Translations under genes and position numbers: made by a program
The notes under the pieces: model-generated
Seen by the model: only the letters and a program-made list of their open reading frames with translations
Database searches by the model: none
What the model was told of the DNA's origin: nothing
Shown: one piece after another, positions 35,293 to 49,249 of the stretch
Layout: every line of letters begins with the position of its first letter
Numbering within the stretch: the first letter of the stretch is position 1
Assembly: GCA_964016885.1 (NCBI GenBank)
Contig: OZ024742.1
Coordinates: 332,072,001 to 332,136,000 of the forward strand
Source of the DNA: Eledone cirrhosa
Lineage: Eukaryota
Direction of reading: 5' to 3'
Length of the DNA stretch: 64,000 nt

Positions 35293-37429
35293 ATCTTTTA
35301 AAATATAAATGCTGAAAACTGCTTTCATGTAAATTACTGTTATATATAAAAATAAATGAGAGCATTACCTGTCCGGTGGTGCGGGGACAATTACGTTTTG
35401 TGGATGTCCTTTTACTAAATTTTGAATATAAGGTGGGCAAACTTCCATTTATATATGTAGGTACGTCGATATATCTATTGACAGATTGAACAAACTTACA
35501 GATATAGATATATAGTTTGTAGGTATGCATGTAAGCAAACTGATAAATATGTATACACCGAGGTAGCATTTATACGTATATATACCCAGCAGCAATCCAA
35601 CGTCATGCTAACTTATGTACGATATATAGTGGAAATAATCAACTGCTATCCAGGTTTGATTCAATGTGGTTCATGAGACATTTTCATACCTCCAGAACAT
35701 CCATACATATATTAACAGAGCAGAGGAAAATTTGCTCCTTCTGGTAATGAGTGACAAACATTACATTATAATAAAAGAATGTGACAGAATTTATGGAAGA
35801 GAAGGCCGCAAAACTTTCCAATAGTGAATGAATTACAGCTTATGGGGAAATAAGATAAAAACTAGTGCAGAAGATAGAAATATTGTGTGCAAAATATATC
35901 AACAAACACATTTACTTTTGGTATCAGTATGTGTTTGTGTGGGACTTTGTATTTCCTTATAAACTCAGATAATGTCGTGTGAGAAAGGTGTTTGATGTGA
36001 GAATATACAAATGCGTGTGTGTCTGTCACATAATACTATAACATTTGTCATAAATTACACATTTATATATAAGGTGTAATTAAATAGTTGTATACATCTA
36101 GTTAGATGTGTACGTTATAAGATACGCAATTATGTGGCATAGGGGATAAGGTCTTAGATTCACAATCTTAAAGTCGTGGTTTCGACACCTGAGTAGGTTA
36201 TGTATTGTCAGTGAGCACAATATAATTCATTATGAAATTGAAAACAAGAGATACGACAATCCTGATGCTAAGTAGAATCAGCTTTTGTCTGTTCCTTACT
36301 AATATCAGTGGCATGGAAAAGGGAAATTTGTGGAATAGGCCCACTGATGGACTCCTACATGGCACTTGGAGAGAAAATCTAATAGTTCACACCCATACTG
36401 TCATATCCAAAGTAGTTTTCATGGTAGTGCAAACATTAGGTATTTAGGTTGCAATGCCATACATAGTCATACAGACATATACGTGCATAGGTACCTGTGT
36501 AAATGAATATAGTCAGTCGAGAATGAACTAACTCTAACCTATGAAATGACTCCAATACTGGACACACCGGATTCCCACATCGGACAAACTTCGTTCCATG
36601 CGTCCTTGATTTTGCAATAGGATTACTACACTAAGAGTTTGTGAAATTGCTTGTTTGGAGATATAGAATTCTGAATTGTTCAATAAAAACCCAATGTAAC
36701 TCTTCTGTATGTGTATATGAAAGCAACACATACATAGATAGAATAATACAGCTGTGGTGTTTGGGAGTAATAGAACCGTGTGGAAATGGAAGCACCAATT
36801 GAAACATAAGTTTTAAATCTCCGAAGCCGTTTATGAAAGTATTGAAGACAAGAAAACACACTTCGATCTTCCGAAACCGTCACCGAATCATCATTTTTTT
36901 TTACGTGTTGTACAAACCTGGCTGGACACACACTACAAACATTCTAATAGTTCTATAGAGTTATGAAATAATACATATGAATAAGCCATAGATGACGAAC
37001 ATCATTAAGTAATGTCAGTTTCATGAGGAGATAAATCGCCTCCATCCTTTTGAAGGAAAATAAAAAAAAAATGAGTATAAATCCTGGAAAACTTAAGTCC
37101 GGTATTGGGAAAAAATATATATATATATATATCACAAGGGATTGACACTATTTTCGTTTTACTTTGCTCCACTTTTCAAATTAAATGGCACGACGGTTCA
37201 GTTATATTGTAAGCGCGTCCATTGAGAATATCGTCTTTGACAAACTGCTCAGTTGCTCGCATGTGTGCGTGCGGAATTCTGAGCCTTTCCGCTGGGAACA
37301 ACCCCCGTCCGTTTTTTTTTTTTTTTTTTGTTTTCATTCATTTACTGCCATTCTACCTTCCTGTGTCTCCCGCTCCATGCAGCCCCTTTTCGCTCTCGTT
37401 TTCTGGCACCTCCATATATATAGGTGAGC

Positions 37430-40400
37430 TATGCTGCCCTCTTACCACCACTTTCCCTTCCAACCACACACATCAGCCACCCACCCCTGATGCCGCTCGG
37501 TGCCCCAGTCTCCGGCCCCACGCCCCGTCCTCCACCCCCTCCAAATCGACACTTGCGGCACTACTAACAAACGGAAGAGGGGCCGGAACTGTTTGGGGTG
37601 CGGCTGCTTCCACCACCTCACCTGCGATGGCTTGACTCGTCGAGCTTCCAATGCCGTCGCAGCGTTGAGTTGCAGGAGCTGCCTCTTCCCCACGTCTTCC
37701 CAGCTACGGCCGTCTGGCACACCACCAGATGGTACAGACAGCGAGCTTGCCTCACACCCGAGCCTCGCTGGTCAACATCGCTCGGCTCAGGCAACTCCGG
37801 AAGATCCCACTCAGGATGCCGAGAGCGGCACGGGTGCCGGTGGCCGATGTCCAGGCTTCCTCGATTGAGAGCGCCCTGGACTCCAATCGAGCCAGTGACT
37901 GGGAGCGGCTGTTCTATTTCCCCCCCCCCCCTCGGCCTCGACAGCTCTGGCGCTGACCGGAGCGGCCGGTCAACAGCAGCCTTCGTCAAGGCCAATGTCT
38001 CGTCATTTGGGCGAGTGCCCATTCCAAGCGTGCCCAGGGACGCCACAAACCCCACCCTAAGGTACCCCCTATCCTCCACTCCCGAGACCAGCGCCAAGCG
38101 TTTGCGTGACCAGGTAAACGCAAAGCTTATCATGGGGGATGTCTCGGCCGCAGTCAGAGTTGTTGCCTCAGAGGACACTGTCCTCGAACCCACCGAGGAA
38201 ATCCTGTCTGCTCTGCGGCTCAAAGACCCTGAGCCACCCACTAAGCTCAGACCCATACCCCCACCTGCTCCTTGTGGCTACTGATGCAGATATCATGTCC
38301 GCCATCAGGTCCTTCCCAGCTAGCAGCTGCGGAGGTGTTCATGGTCTCCGACCAGGCCACCTCATGGAGCTGACATCCCCTCTCTCTGCTGAGGCCGGGT
38401 GCCGCCTTCTGAGTGCAATTGTGGCGCTCACCAATAAGCTCATTCATGGTGCCCTCAACTCTTACGCCCGAGACCTCTTTTTTTCAGCCAGCCTCACCGC
38501 TCTCAGGACGAAAGATGGTGGCATACGGCCCATTGTGTGGGCAATGTCTTCCGGAGGCTGGCTGCCAAGGTGATCTGCAAGTCCGTCACACACAAACTGG
38601 GTGAGGAGCTTAGTCCGGTGCAACTGGGTGTCGGCGTGTCCGGTGGCTGTGAGGGAGCCTCTCATGCTAACAGGCAGTTCTTCAGCAGATGCCCATCGGT
38701 ACCGGCATCCAGGGACTCCAGGAACCTCATTGTCAAGCTTAACATGAAGAATGCCTTTAACTCTTTACGCCGGGATCATCTGCTCGAGGCCTGCCTCAGC
38801 CGAGCCCACTCTGCCTACCCGCTGGCATACCTGTCATATGGAACCCCGAGCATGCTCCTAGCTGCTGATACGGTCATACGCTCAGCTACTGGGACCCCAG
38901 AGGGCGCCCCTTTGGGACCCCCTCCTGTTCGCCCTTGGTATTGACCACATCGCCCGGAGTATCACGGCCTCTCTCAACGTTTGGTATCTGGATGATGCTA
39001 CGATGGGCGGCCTCGTACGGACGGTCTGCCAAGACCTTCAATCGGTTATTCCTGCTCTAGCGGGAGTCGGCCTCCAGGTCAACTCGGCCAAGTCGGAGGT
39101 GGTGAACGTCAGCCTCGATGCTGTGAGCTTTGCAGCCTCCGTCTTGGACGTGCGGTCCATTCTCCGCCAGGTTCAAGTGACCCCCAAAGTGGATGTCCTC
39201 ATCCTCGGGTCACCGATCCACCCGCCGGCCATCCGCTCCACCATCAGGTCCAGGCTTCAACAGCTCCAGACTCTCACGAGCCGACTGGGCTTGATTGACG
39301 GCCACCCAGCTCTCTTTCTGCTGAGGAACTGCTTCCCCATGCCGAAGCTCCTCTATACACTCCGCAGCGCTCCATGCTACGCCCAGACATCTCTCCTCGC
39401 TGACCTCGATACTTGTATCCGAGCAGCAGTCGAGGAGATATGCAACGTCAAGTTTGACGACATAGGGAGGCAACAGGCCCCTTTACCTGTCAGGTATCGC
39501 GGCCTAGGCCTACGATCCCCGATCTCACTAGCGTTGCCGGCGTATCTTTCATCGGTAACCTCGTGCCGCGCCCTCGTCAGCAGGGTTCTTAAAAACACAT
39601 CAGAACCTTCTGTGTTCAGAGAACGTGAGGCCGCCTGTGAGACGTGGGACCGGCTGGGACTTATCCCAGTTGACGTCCCTCCTCCTTCTCCCCCTGTTGA
39701 CGTCAAGTCTTCCCCAACCCACTTGGGATGCCATCCAGTGCAGCCTGGCCTCAGACAGGCTCACGCGCCAGCTCGACCAGCACCGCCTTGCTTGTTTTCG
39801 TGCGGCCTCCAAACCATAATTGGTGCCTGGCTCCATGCTCTGCCCTCCTTCTCCACTGGCACGCAGCTAGACAACCATAGCCTGCGAATCGGCGTTTCCC
39901 TGAGGCTCAGCCTCCGGATCTGCCAGCCACACCAATGTCGCTGCGGTTCCACCGTGGACTCTTTCGGCCTCCACCCGTTTTCCTGTCGCCACAGTGCCGG
40001 CCGTATTCCACGCCATACTGCCCTCAACGAGGTCATTAAGCATGGCTTCGACGCTGTAGGCTTCCCTTCACAGCTCGATCCGGTGGGGCAGGATCGAGGG
40101 GACGGCAAAAGGCCAGATGGCATGACCATCTTCCCGTTCCGCGGTGGCAAACCCCTCGTCTGGGAGGCCACTTGCACCGACACTTTCTGCAGCTGCAACC
40201 TGGTGCAGTCTGCGACTGACCCAGGTTTTGCTGCACGTCGGGCTGAGGGGGCCAAACTCCTCAAATACCGGTCGTTCCCTGGCAGTGGAAACTTCTGGTG
40301 TCCTCAGCCCCAGAGCTACCTCCTTACTCACCACCATAGGCGCTGAGCTGGCCAGACGTAGGTGTGAGCCCCGCGAGTTGGAGTGGCTTTTCCAGCGCGT

Positions 40401-40480
40401 CTCCCTTGCCGTCCTCCGGGGAAACGCCTTCTCCATTCTCTCCGCCGGGTCTCTGGGTGGGCCCCATCGCGTACCATTAC
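37430..40480 (+). mobile_element. CRE-clade non-LTR retrotransposon, near full length, frameshifted
   Basis: N-terminal Cys/His finger (CLGCGCFHHLTC..CRSC); GLRPGHL, GIRPIV, FRRLAAK, QLGVG..GCE, KNAFNSLRR, WYLDD, GLGL; RLE CRCG..H..C..RH, RPDG, WEATC. Confidence 0.9.
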
Positions 40481-41211
40481 ATTAGTTCAATGCCATTCTT
40501 TCATCTCATACAAACTAAAGATAAACTCATACTTAAAGCTTTACATAAAATCATGATGGCTGACAAATTGTGTATGGATATGGGAATTCAGAGGAAATTA
40601 GACTATAATAATATTGAATATATGAGGAAGTACTTCATTTTCTTTTTTTTCTTCTTAAGGTAGGGAATCAGCCTTTGGGCATGCCTTCCGGTGAGGATTT
40701 TCTTATATAGGTGATAGGGCTAAGAAAAATTAACTTTTTGAATTGACATGAAGGCAGAAAGCAGGTGTAAACTATATTATATTCCTCGGCTTGTATTTGG
40801 AAGAGTGTGCTGGTTATTGATTGACTTCTACGTCATTTGTTGGTCAGTCTTGTGGAGGATGCTGCTTTTTATCAACATGTCGTAGAAAAAAAAAATAGAT
40901 CCCCCATCCCAATATTAGATACTAAATTTCTGGTGATTATGGTAAACAGGAATTTCCTTAATATACCTAAATTGTTCATTCGGCTTACGGTAGGGTTTAT
41001 GAGTATGGGGGTCTAGTTTGAATGTAACGTGTGTGTGTGTGTGTGTGTTTGTATGTATTTGTATTTATGTGTGTGTATAAATTATATTAACACCAGTTAC
41101 TCTGGAGTTTCGCCTTCTTATCACAGCATCATCAGGCCAAAACGATTGTCTGATGACCCTTTGATGAGTAGGTCAAAGTAATAAGATTCGTTACTTAGCC
41201 TTAATATATTA

Positions 41212-41420
41212 CGCTGGATTGGCGGTATCAGCAGAGCGTTGGACAATGTTTTGCGGCAATTACAATCCTTTAAGTTCTGAGTTCAAATACCACCGAGGTT
41301 AACTTCGTCTTTCGTCCTTACGAGGTGGATAAAATAAATTAACAATCTCGCACTGGTGACGATTTAATCGATTTCTCCCTCTCCACAAAATTGTTGTCAG
41401 TGTACCTAAACCAGTAACCA
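41212..41420 (+). mobile_element. tRNA-derived SINE
   Basis: TGGCGGTATCAG...GAGTTCAAATACC...GATAAAATAAA. Confidence 0.75.
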
Positions 41421-41437
41421 TTATTTAGCCTTAATAT

Positions 41438-41681
41438 CTCCTTATAATATATAACCAGCAATTTCTCTGTCTGTCTGTCCGACAGTGGAAACACGTGCGC
41501 GCGTGCGAATGTTTTTTGCGCACGCGTAGAGAGAGAGAGAGAGTGAAAGAAAGAGACAGACTACAAGAGGGGGATAGCAGGAGGGAGAGAGGGGCAATTG
41601 GGGAGTGCTACAGAAACATATATACATTTCTGTGTGTGTATATAATATATATATATACACACAGAAATATATATACATTTC

Positions 41682-41719
<38 letters not shown>

Positions 41720-42662
41720 CACACAGACACACACACAGAGAGAGAAATATATATACATTTCTGTGTGTAATATATATACGCACGCACGCGCGTCATAATG
41801 TCGTAATGCAGACATCCATCCATCCAGACAGATCTTATAAGGGCGCAACGTTATCTACTTATATATATATAACCAGCAATTTCTGTCTGTCTGTCCGACA
41901 GTGGAAACACCTGCGTAGAGAGAGAGAGAGTGAAAGAAAGAGACAGACTACGAGAGGGGGATAGCGAGATAGTGAATAGATGCTAAAATACGTGCTACAG
42001 AGACATTACCTTCCCCTCTCCACTGACTTTGGTCACTGAGGCCGAGGGAATCGCTGGTTGCTATAGAGACACCTTGCACAAGCCAGAAGTAACCAGTTCG
42101 AGGCGGTTCTGACTTGACACCATGCGAAGAAGGTTGCCATTGAATTTATGGTTGTTGCTGCTGATAAGGACCATTTGAAGAAGGTTGCCATTGAATTTGT
42201 GGTTGTTGCTGCTGATAATAAGGACCATTTGAAGAAGGTTGCTGCTGATGAGGTAATTTATTAATCAGATTGCGCAGTTCCATCACCTACGTTTGATTTC
42301 TTCAATTTTTTTCTTCAATTTTTTTGTTGTTTTTTTTTTATTTCTTATTGAAAAAATATAAATAATAAAATAAGGTTAGAAATTTAAATACAATTAAATA
42401 CGATTTAATTTCCATTTCCAGCAGCCAATGTCCAGTGTTCAATTTCATGAAAAAATTAGAAATAATTCAAAAAATTGAAGTTTAACTTTTGAACATTTGT
42501 TTTGACAATAAAAAAATATTTCCTTATTCACACCTAATGGTATGATTAAAATTTCATAGGAATATTTTTTCTAACCGCCACTTATTTAAATATTATTAAA
42601 AATAATAATTTTTTTTAAAAGAATGGAAGATTTTGTGGATTTTTTTCTTTTTTTTTTTTAAT

Positions 42663-42701
<39 letters not shown>

Positions 42702-44480
42702 ACCTTCCAAGCCTTAAACACTAATTCTCGCGAATTTGTGTTTTGTAATGACCCTCAGGACGCTGCTATTGTTGATTCCAATAGTGCCTGGTATTCGAAT
42801 ATGTTAGTATACAATTTTTTGAATAAAATTAAGGCGCAATTAGAGCTGCCAAACAAATTTTTTTTCGGCTTCGGCCCATATATATATATATAATGGGGAT
42901 GATGATATACATAGTTACATATGTATATGTAATCTCCTTATAATATATAACCAGCAATTTCTCTGTCTGTCTGTCCGACAAAGGAAACACGTGCGCGCGT
43001 GCGAATGTTTTTTGCGCACGCGTAGAGAGAGTGAAAGAAAGAAGACTACGAGAGGGGGATAGAGAGTGAATAGATGCTAAGACACGTGCGCGCGTGCGAA
43101 TGTTTTTTTTTTTGCGCACGCGTAGATAGTGAGTGAAAGAAAGAGACAGACTACAAGAGGGAGATAGCGGGAGGGAGAGAGGGTGGAATTGAGGAGTGCT
43201 ACAGAAACATATATACATTTCTGTGTGTGTGTAATATATATATATATATATACATTTCTGTGTGTGTAATATATATATATATATACACACAGAAATATAT
43301 ATACATTTCTGTGTGTGTAATATATATATATATATATACTAGCAGAAAACCACCCGGTGGGTGGTTTTCTGCTAGTCTCCTCATAATATATAACCAGCAA
43401 TTTCTCTGCTGTCTCTCCGACGCGTAGAGAGAGAGTGAAAGAAAGAGACAGACTACAAGAGAGGGATAGCGGGAGAGAGAGAGACACTGGAAGAGGGGGA
43501 GGAAAGCTATGTTTGCTGTTTACATTACGATACATATATGTATACACACACACACACTGAGCGCGTCATAATGACGTAATGCAGACAGCAGACATACAGA
43601 CAGATATTATAAGGGCGAAACGTTATATCTATGTATCTATCTAAAAAGAAAGACTAAGAATTTTATAGAGAGAACGCTAAATCGCCTAATGCGGTCCCTA
43701 GGGCATTGAACATTTGAAATAATTTTTGCTCAAAACACTCACAGGACCATAAGTATTACATGTCTAAAGTTTGAAAACAATCGGTTGGATGGTTCTCAAG
43801 TTTTAGTGAGCTGACAGACAGATAGACATTCTCTGTTTTAGATATATAGACTAGCAAAAACCGCCCACGGCTGGTTTTCTGCTAGTCTCCTTATAATATA
43901 TAACCAGCAATTTCTCTGTCTGTCTGACGGTGCAAACACGTGCGCCCGTGGTTGCTATCTCTCTCTCCAGCTATCCCTCTATTTTAGTCTGTCTGTTTCT
44001 CTCACTCTTTCTCTTTGTAACACACTAACATTCCTCCCCTCTATCGCTGTGACGAATGGGGAGATGGAGGAGGAGGAGAGTCACTTCACATCTGCCTTTG
44101 TTTCTCTCCCCTCTCACTCCCTTATTACGTACAGACATTAGGGCGGTGGATTGGCAGAATCTGTAGAGAGTCGGATACCATGCTTCATAGCATGGAGTTA
44201 CGTCCCTTTACGGTCTGAGTTCAAATACCGCCGAGGTTAAGTTTGCCTTTCATCCTCACGGGGTCGATAAAATAAAGTACCAGTAATGTACTGGGTAATT
44301 GGTGGCCTTGTGCCAAAAGTAGAAACAATTATTAGAAACATTGCTTCATTTTTACATATCTAAGCATTAGTAAAATAACTAATAACTTCAAAAGTAATTT
44401 TTCAATTTCATTTGTTATGAACAGCAAAACATTAATAATAATTTTGTTCTAAGAAATATATATACATTTCTGTGTGTGTA

Positions 44481-44513
<33 letters not shown>

Positions 44514-44586
44514 GAAATATATATACATTTCTGTGTGTGTAATATATATATATATACACACAGAAATATATATACATTTCTGTGTG

Positions 44587-44635
<49 letters not shown>

Positions 44636-45382
44636 TATATGGGCATTTCTCTGATTGTCTGTCTGTCTGTCCTTCCCTAAAACTCAGATGTAGGTGCTAC
44701 ATAAATATTACCTTCCCCTTCCTTTCTCCACGTTGGTACTACCAAGAGAAACACTGTCGCTATAGAAACATTACCTTCCCCTCTCCATTGACTTTGGTCA
44801 CTGAGGCCGAGGGAATCGCTGGTTGCTATAGAGACACCTTGCACAAGCCAGAAGTAACCAGTTCGCGGCGGTTCTGACTTGACACCATGCCAAGTCTACT
44901 TATAATATATAATGGGCATTTCTCTGTTTGTTTGTCCTTCTGTAAAAAATGCCGAGGAAACAAATAGACGCGGTTTCAAATCTCTATGCTTTTCAAATTC
45001 ATTACATTAATCTTTATTTATACGTTTCGCTTTGCGAGTGTTTCGGCTTACGAGTGTTTCGGCTTACGAGTGTTTCGGCTTATCATTATATATATACGTT
45101 TCTATTTCCATCGTTTTATCGTAAACGTTTATACATTTCCATCGTTATATCATAACGTTTATATTTCCGTCACTAATCTCTTTTTCTCCTTTTTCGTTTT
45201 AACATATATTTATTTCAAAGATTTCACCGTATAGATAACATATATATTTATACATGCATAAAAGACACACCGAGACGGTGAACATGTGGTGCCGAAAACA
45301 TTTCTCATCCAAATCTCAACAATATCAGTATATACACTAGATTTGCTAGCAGAAAACCGCCCACTGTGTGGCTTTCTGCTAG
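41438..45382. mobile_element. Cluster of rearranged non-autonomous Helitron-like modules
   Basis: Repeated heads TCTCCTTATAATATATAACCAGCAATTTCTCTGTCTGTCTG (near 41438, 41855, 42933, 43376, 43886), (CTGT)n tracts, CTAG ends; 41996-42124 duplicated at 44760-44890. Confidence 0.65.
44140..44330 (+). mobile_element. tRNA-derived SINE
   Basis: Reverse complement of 405-593. Confidence 0.85.
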
Positions 45383-45957
45383 TCTATATATATAAAACTA
45401 AGGATGGATGTCTGTGGGAATTTGAATCCCTAAAACTAGAGAAACACCCAACCGACTGTTTTCAAACTTTACACATGTAATACTTATGTTTCAGGGAGTT
45501 TTCTGAGCAAAAACAATTTCAATTTTTCAATGCCCTAGGGACTGCATTAGGTGATTTAGCGATCTCTCTCTATAATTCTTAGTCTTTCTCTTTTTCGATA
45601 GATACATACATATAACGTCGCGCCCTTATAATATGTCTGTATGTCTGGCTGTCTGCACTACGTCACTTCCTACAATTCACTCTGCGTCCAGAACGTGCCC
45701 TTATAATATCTGTCTGTATGTCTGCTGTCTGCTGCCTTCGGTTATATGCCATCCTTGCTCAAAACAAATCTCACACTCATTCCCCAAACAGTTAAGTGCA
45801 CACTTCTTCCTCACGTTTTAAGCCACAGTGTTGCTTACTTACTTACCACCATACCCTTCTTCTTTGCCAGCCGTGGTTGTGGCAATACTAAGCTTAGCTA
45901 AGGCGGTTATATATTTCACAATATCTTATCCCGTGCAACGCCGGGTACCACTTCTAG
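45383..45957 (+). mobile_element. Non-autonomous Helitron-like element
   Basis: 5' TCTATATATATAAAA; 3' hairpin CCCG-TGCAACGC-CGGG followed by CTAG; an inverted relative lies at about 43560-43850. Confidence 0.75.
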
Positions 45958-48299
45958 TATTTAATAAAACTCTACTTCGGTATTCAGTACACTTCTCCCA
46001 GCCGCCAACCATACATATATATACGCGCGCGCGCGTGTGTGTACAAATTTTCTGTGAGCGCGTGTGAATATGTATGTATGTAATGTGTCTTAGAGTGGTG
46101 TTTAAAATACTATTGTAATTAAAACATAAACTGAATTGGTTATCTGACACTATATATGTTTACACTATATTTTCTGGAGTAAAAGAAAAACACCATGACT
46201 CATCAGCGTTTCAAATTAGACGTCTCATCCAGCTCCTAGATCAAGCAAACAAGCTGAAACTTCGAAGTTACTGACACCTCTCTTCAAAAAATATATATGG
46301 AGAGCGAGAGGGTGAAATAGAGAGAAACTATTGTTGTTGTAATGTGTATGTCACGTTCACTTCTGTTTGTTTATAATGCCAATATTTGTGTTATTTTACT
46401 CCATGTTTATATTCTTCAGTATGTTCGTGTTTATTTCTTTGGTATTTGCTGCATTACAATGTCTGTGATGAGAAGTATCATTTCGTAATTTTAATTCACT
46501 AAATCGATTTGAAATAAGCTTGTTAATCTTTCAGAGCAATCTAAACAGTGAAAATTCATTCTTTTTTGTTAAACCTATGAATACAAATATTTTTTATATT
46601 CTGTGGATATGTTTAAAATATGAAATGACATAACATAACGAAGAATCATTCTCCGTCGACACCACATGCAGAAAAGAGGAGAGCAGAAAATTACCTAATA
46701 TCGGGTATTGACTGACCGCTTTTTTGTCGGTAACCATCGGTACATCTGGTGCCCACGGTCCCTGACTGTCGTTGCCTCCGCCAAATCAATCGTATGGCAT
46801 CCCGTTTTAGAAAGCAGCCCCGTAAGGTGGAATAGCTGATTTAATGAGTATTGCCAGCACTTCTCCGTGGTATTGTGTTCGCTATCTTTTCTGCTGATGC
46901 AGCTGAAATGTACCATTCAGCCAATCATTTAGACTTTACCCCTTCCTCATTCATCCACATTTTTCTTTCTTTCTCCTTTTTTCTCCCTTTCTGTTTGTAA
47001 ATGTATACAAATGAATATGAATAAATCATTGTTTAAATGAATCATTGATCTTAGTTATTTGTTGGAGCATCAGCACAATTCTCGATTTAACTAAAAACAG
47101 TTTACTCCATCCACATACAATCTCATTCTATTCGGTCTGACCTATTGCAATGCTGAGAGAAATTCGCTTTTCAGTTGTCGGAAGTGTGTATTAAGACGAT
47201 GTCCCTACATACTCTTGACTTCTATGGGCAGCTGGGTTGAGTTCCGGATTTTGGACGCACATAATTATTTCAAGGGTAAAACAGACGAGCCATCCAAGAC
47301 GCACTATATACACTGAAAGTGATGATAATAGAGGTATAGCTGAGGTCCGTACGTCGGCTTTTCACGCCACCGAGAGATCTTTCTTGGTGCTTTACGGTGC
47401 TGGTTTCAGTCGATCCGCCACGTCATTGAGGGTATCATTCAGAACACCTTTGTAGAAATTAAACTATTAAAACCCTGACCTGTGCCCCTTGCCTGGCTGA
47501 TAAAATAACTGAGCGCCACCCCCATATGCCACATATTCTTGGCAAGGTTACTTGTGTTAGCTTGATGTTTGACTCGAAGAAGGGAGTTTTGCGTCCTAGC
47601 TGGATTTCCGTTTTGGAGTAGATGCAGGTTTATACAGATAATATTTAAACACTTCAAATAGATGTTATATGCTGCCAATGTGGCCTTTATTGCTCTAGGA
47701 GAGAAAAAAATAAAGCATTTCTTTGCAAAGCCTCCACGAATATTAAAATTGAATCTAGTCGAAAGACCAAATTTCTTCTATTTACGCAAAGTTACGTTCA
47801 GTGACATTCAGTACACTACTACATACACTGAAGAAGCTTCAATTGCTAAATGGTTAAGCGATATCACAACGAATGTATGTCCGAAAATGTAAGTTATAAC
47901 GTAGGCTTCTCTCTGACGTCGAGATTAGTTATAGAAACATTAATTAGATAGACAAATTGAAACAATTGCATTAAAAAATCCAACGAGTCTCCACATTCAG
48001 GCCGCAAAGTGACCCGTCAGAACACATTATTTGACGCTAAACTCCGCCAGTTGCAGACTGTGCATCAACATGATATATTTTTCTCCACAAACTTCGATCA
48101 CCGACAGCAGAATTTAAAGAGCAAAGATCGAGTCCAGTCACTAGGTTGACATTATCAAGCTATCGTTTTGGCTGCCGGCCACTGTTTCTCTTACAAGCCA
48201 ACCTTTCTTCCAGGCATAACCTACTCACACCACGAGATGATCTTTTTCTATGACTGTATAGTTTGAATTGATGTAATTGGTCTAGGTCTTGTAATGTTG

Positions 48300-48700
48300 C
48301 GCAGATCACTGATACATATACGGTCGCTGAGCCGCTTGCCTGTCATAAGTCTGATGATGTGATTCTGAAATATAGAGAGCTTCTGAAATGTACTTGTCAT
48401 CCAATTAACACAGTCAAGACTTTATAACACAACTGGTAGGCTGTAAGAATCGAAGATCTTAGCCTTCAAATAATAGGAAACTCGTTTTGATTTTAGTACT
48501 TCCTTGTTCTTGTTGAAAGCTGCCCAAAATAGAACACAACATAAGAGTGGTATTATCAAAACCGTACACATTTTTCCATTATAGGTATTGATGCAATACC
48601 ATCCAAATTCCATCAGAATTTATACTTCCAATCAGAATCTCGTCTTAGAAATGTGTTTACCATCAATTTCCTCAACTTCCTTGAAATATCTACAACATAT
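48300..48700 (-). mobile_element. Old RTE-like LINE fragment
   Basis: WAAFNKNKEVLKS...KAKIFDS..LPV, typical of the post-RT region. Confidence 0.5.
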
Positions 48701-49249
48701 GCGTTGTTGTACATGAAGAAACATGTTTGTATTGTTGCAACAACTGGAAAAAAACATACCATTACCGTTTATTTAATGTAAATCAATTTAACATTATTTC
48801 ACTTATTCACTTTATTTTATTATATCATGCGACTCAATCAACCAATTCATACATCTATCATTTAAATTATTTTTCTGTAATAATATCTCCATTTCCCCTA
48901 AGTACCGGTAGCACGTTGTCTCTCATTCCTTCTAAACATATACTTATCTATACGTCTGTCTCTCTTGCTTTTCTTTTTCTGTCCCCATGTCTAAATATCA
49001 CCTCATATATCTATACATTAGATAATAAAACGTAAATCAGTAACATGAAATATAAAGTATGTTATATTATTTTGATATCTAATTTCATAATATAGTCTCA
49101 GCTTGATATAAGCGATCGTATATATGCATCTCTGTCTGGTTCTTTGTGTTTATATATTTGATTGTCAGAAAGCCGCCTTGATTTCCCTAATAATAGTAGG
49201 TTATAATGTGGAAAACATAGTTGTGAACGGCAAGAAAGGAGATTTGCGA

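Noticed and set aside
34779-35315. 178-aa and 168-aa hydrophobic ORFs
   Set aside because: Translations of CT/TA microsatellite; the same applies to the ORFs at 41.4-44.6 kb and 52.9-53.5 kb.
41105-41136. Hammerhead-like CTGATGA...CGAAAC on the minus strand
   Set aside because: Stem II does not close (T opposite C) and no convincing stems I/III; the similar motif in the 57.1-kb inverted repeat fails likewise.
46640-47600. Possible PHD (WVHFSC-like) and LINE remnants on the minus strand
   Set aside because: Too decayed to assign by eye; needs a translated search.
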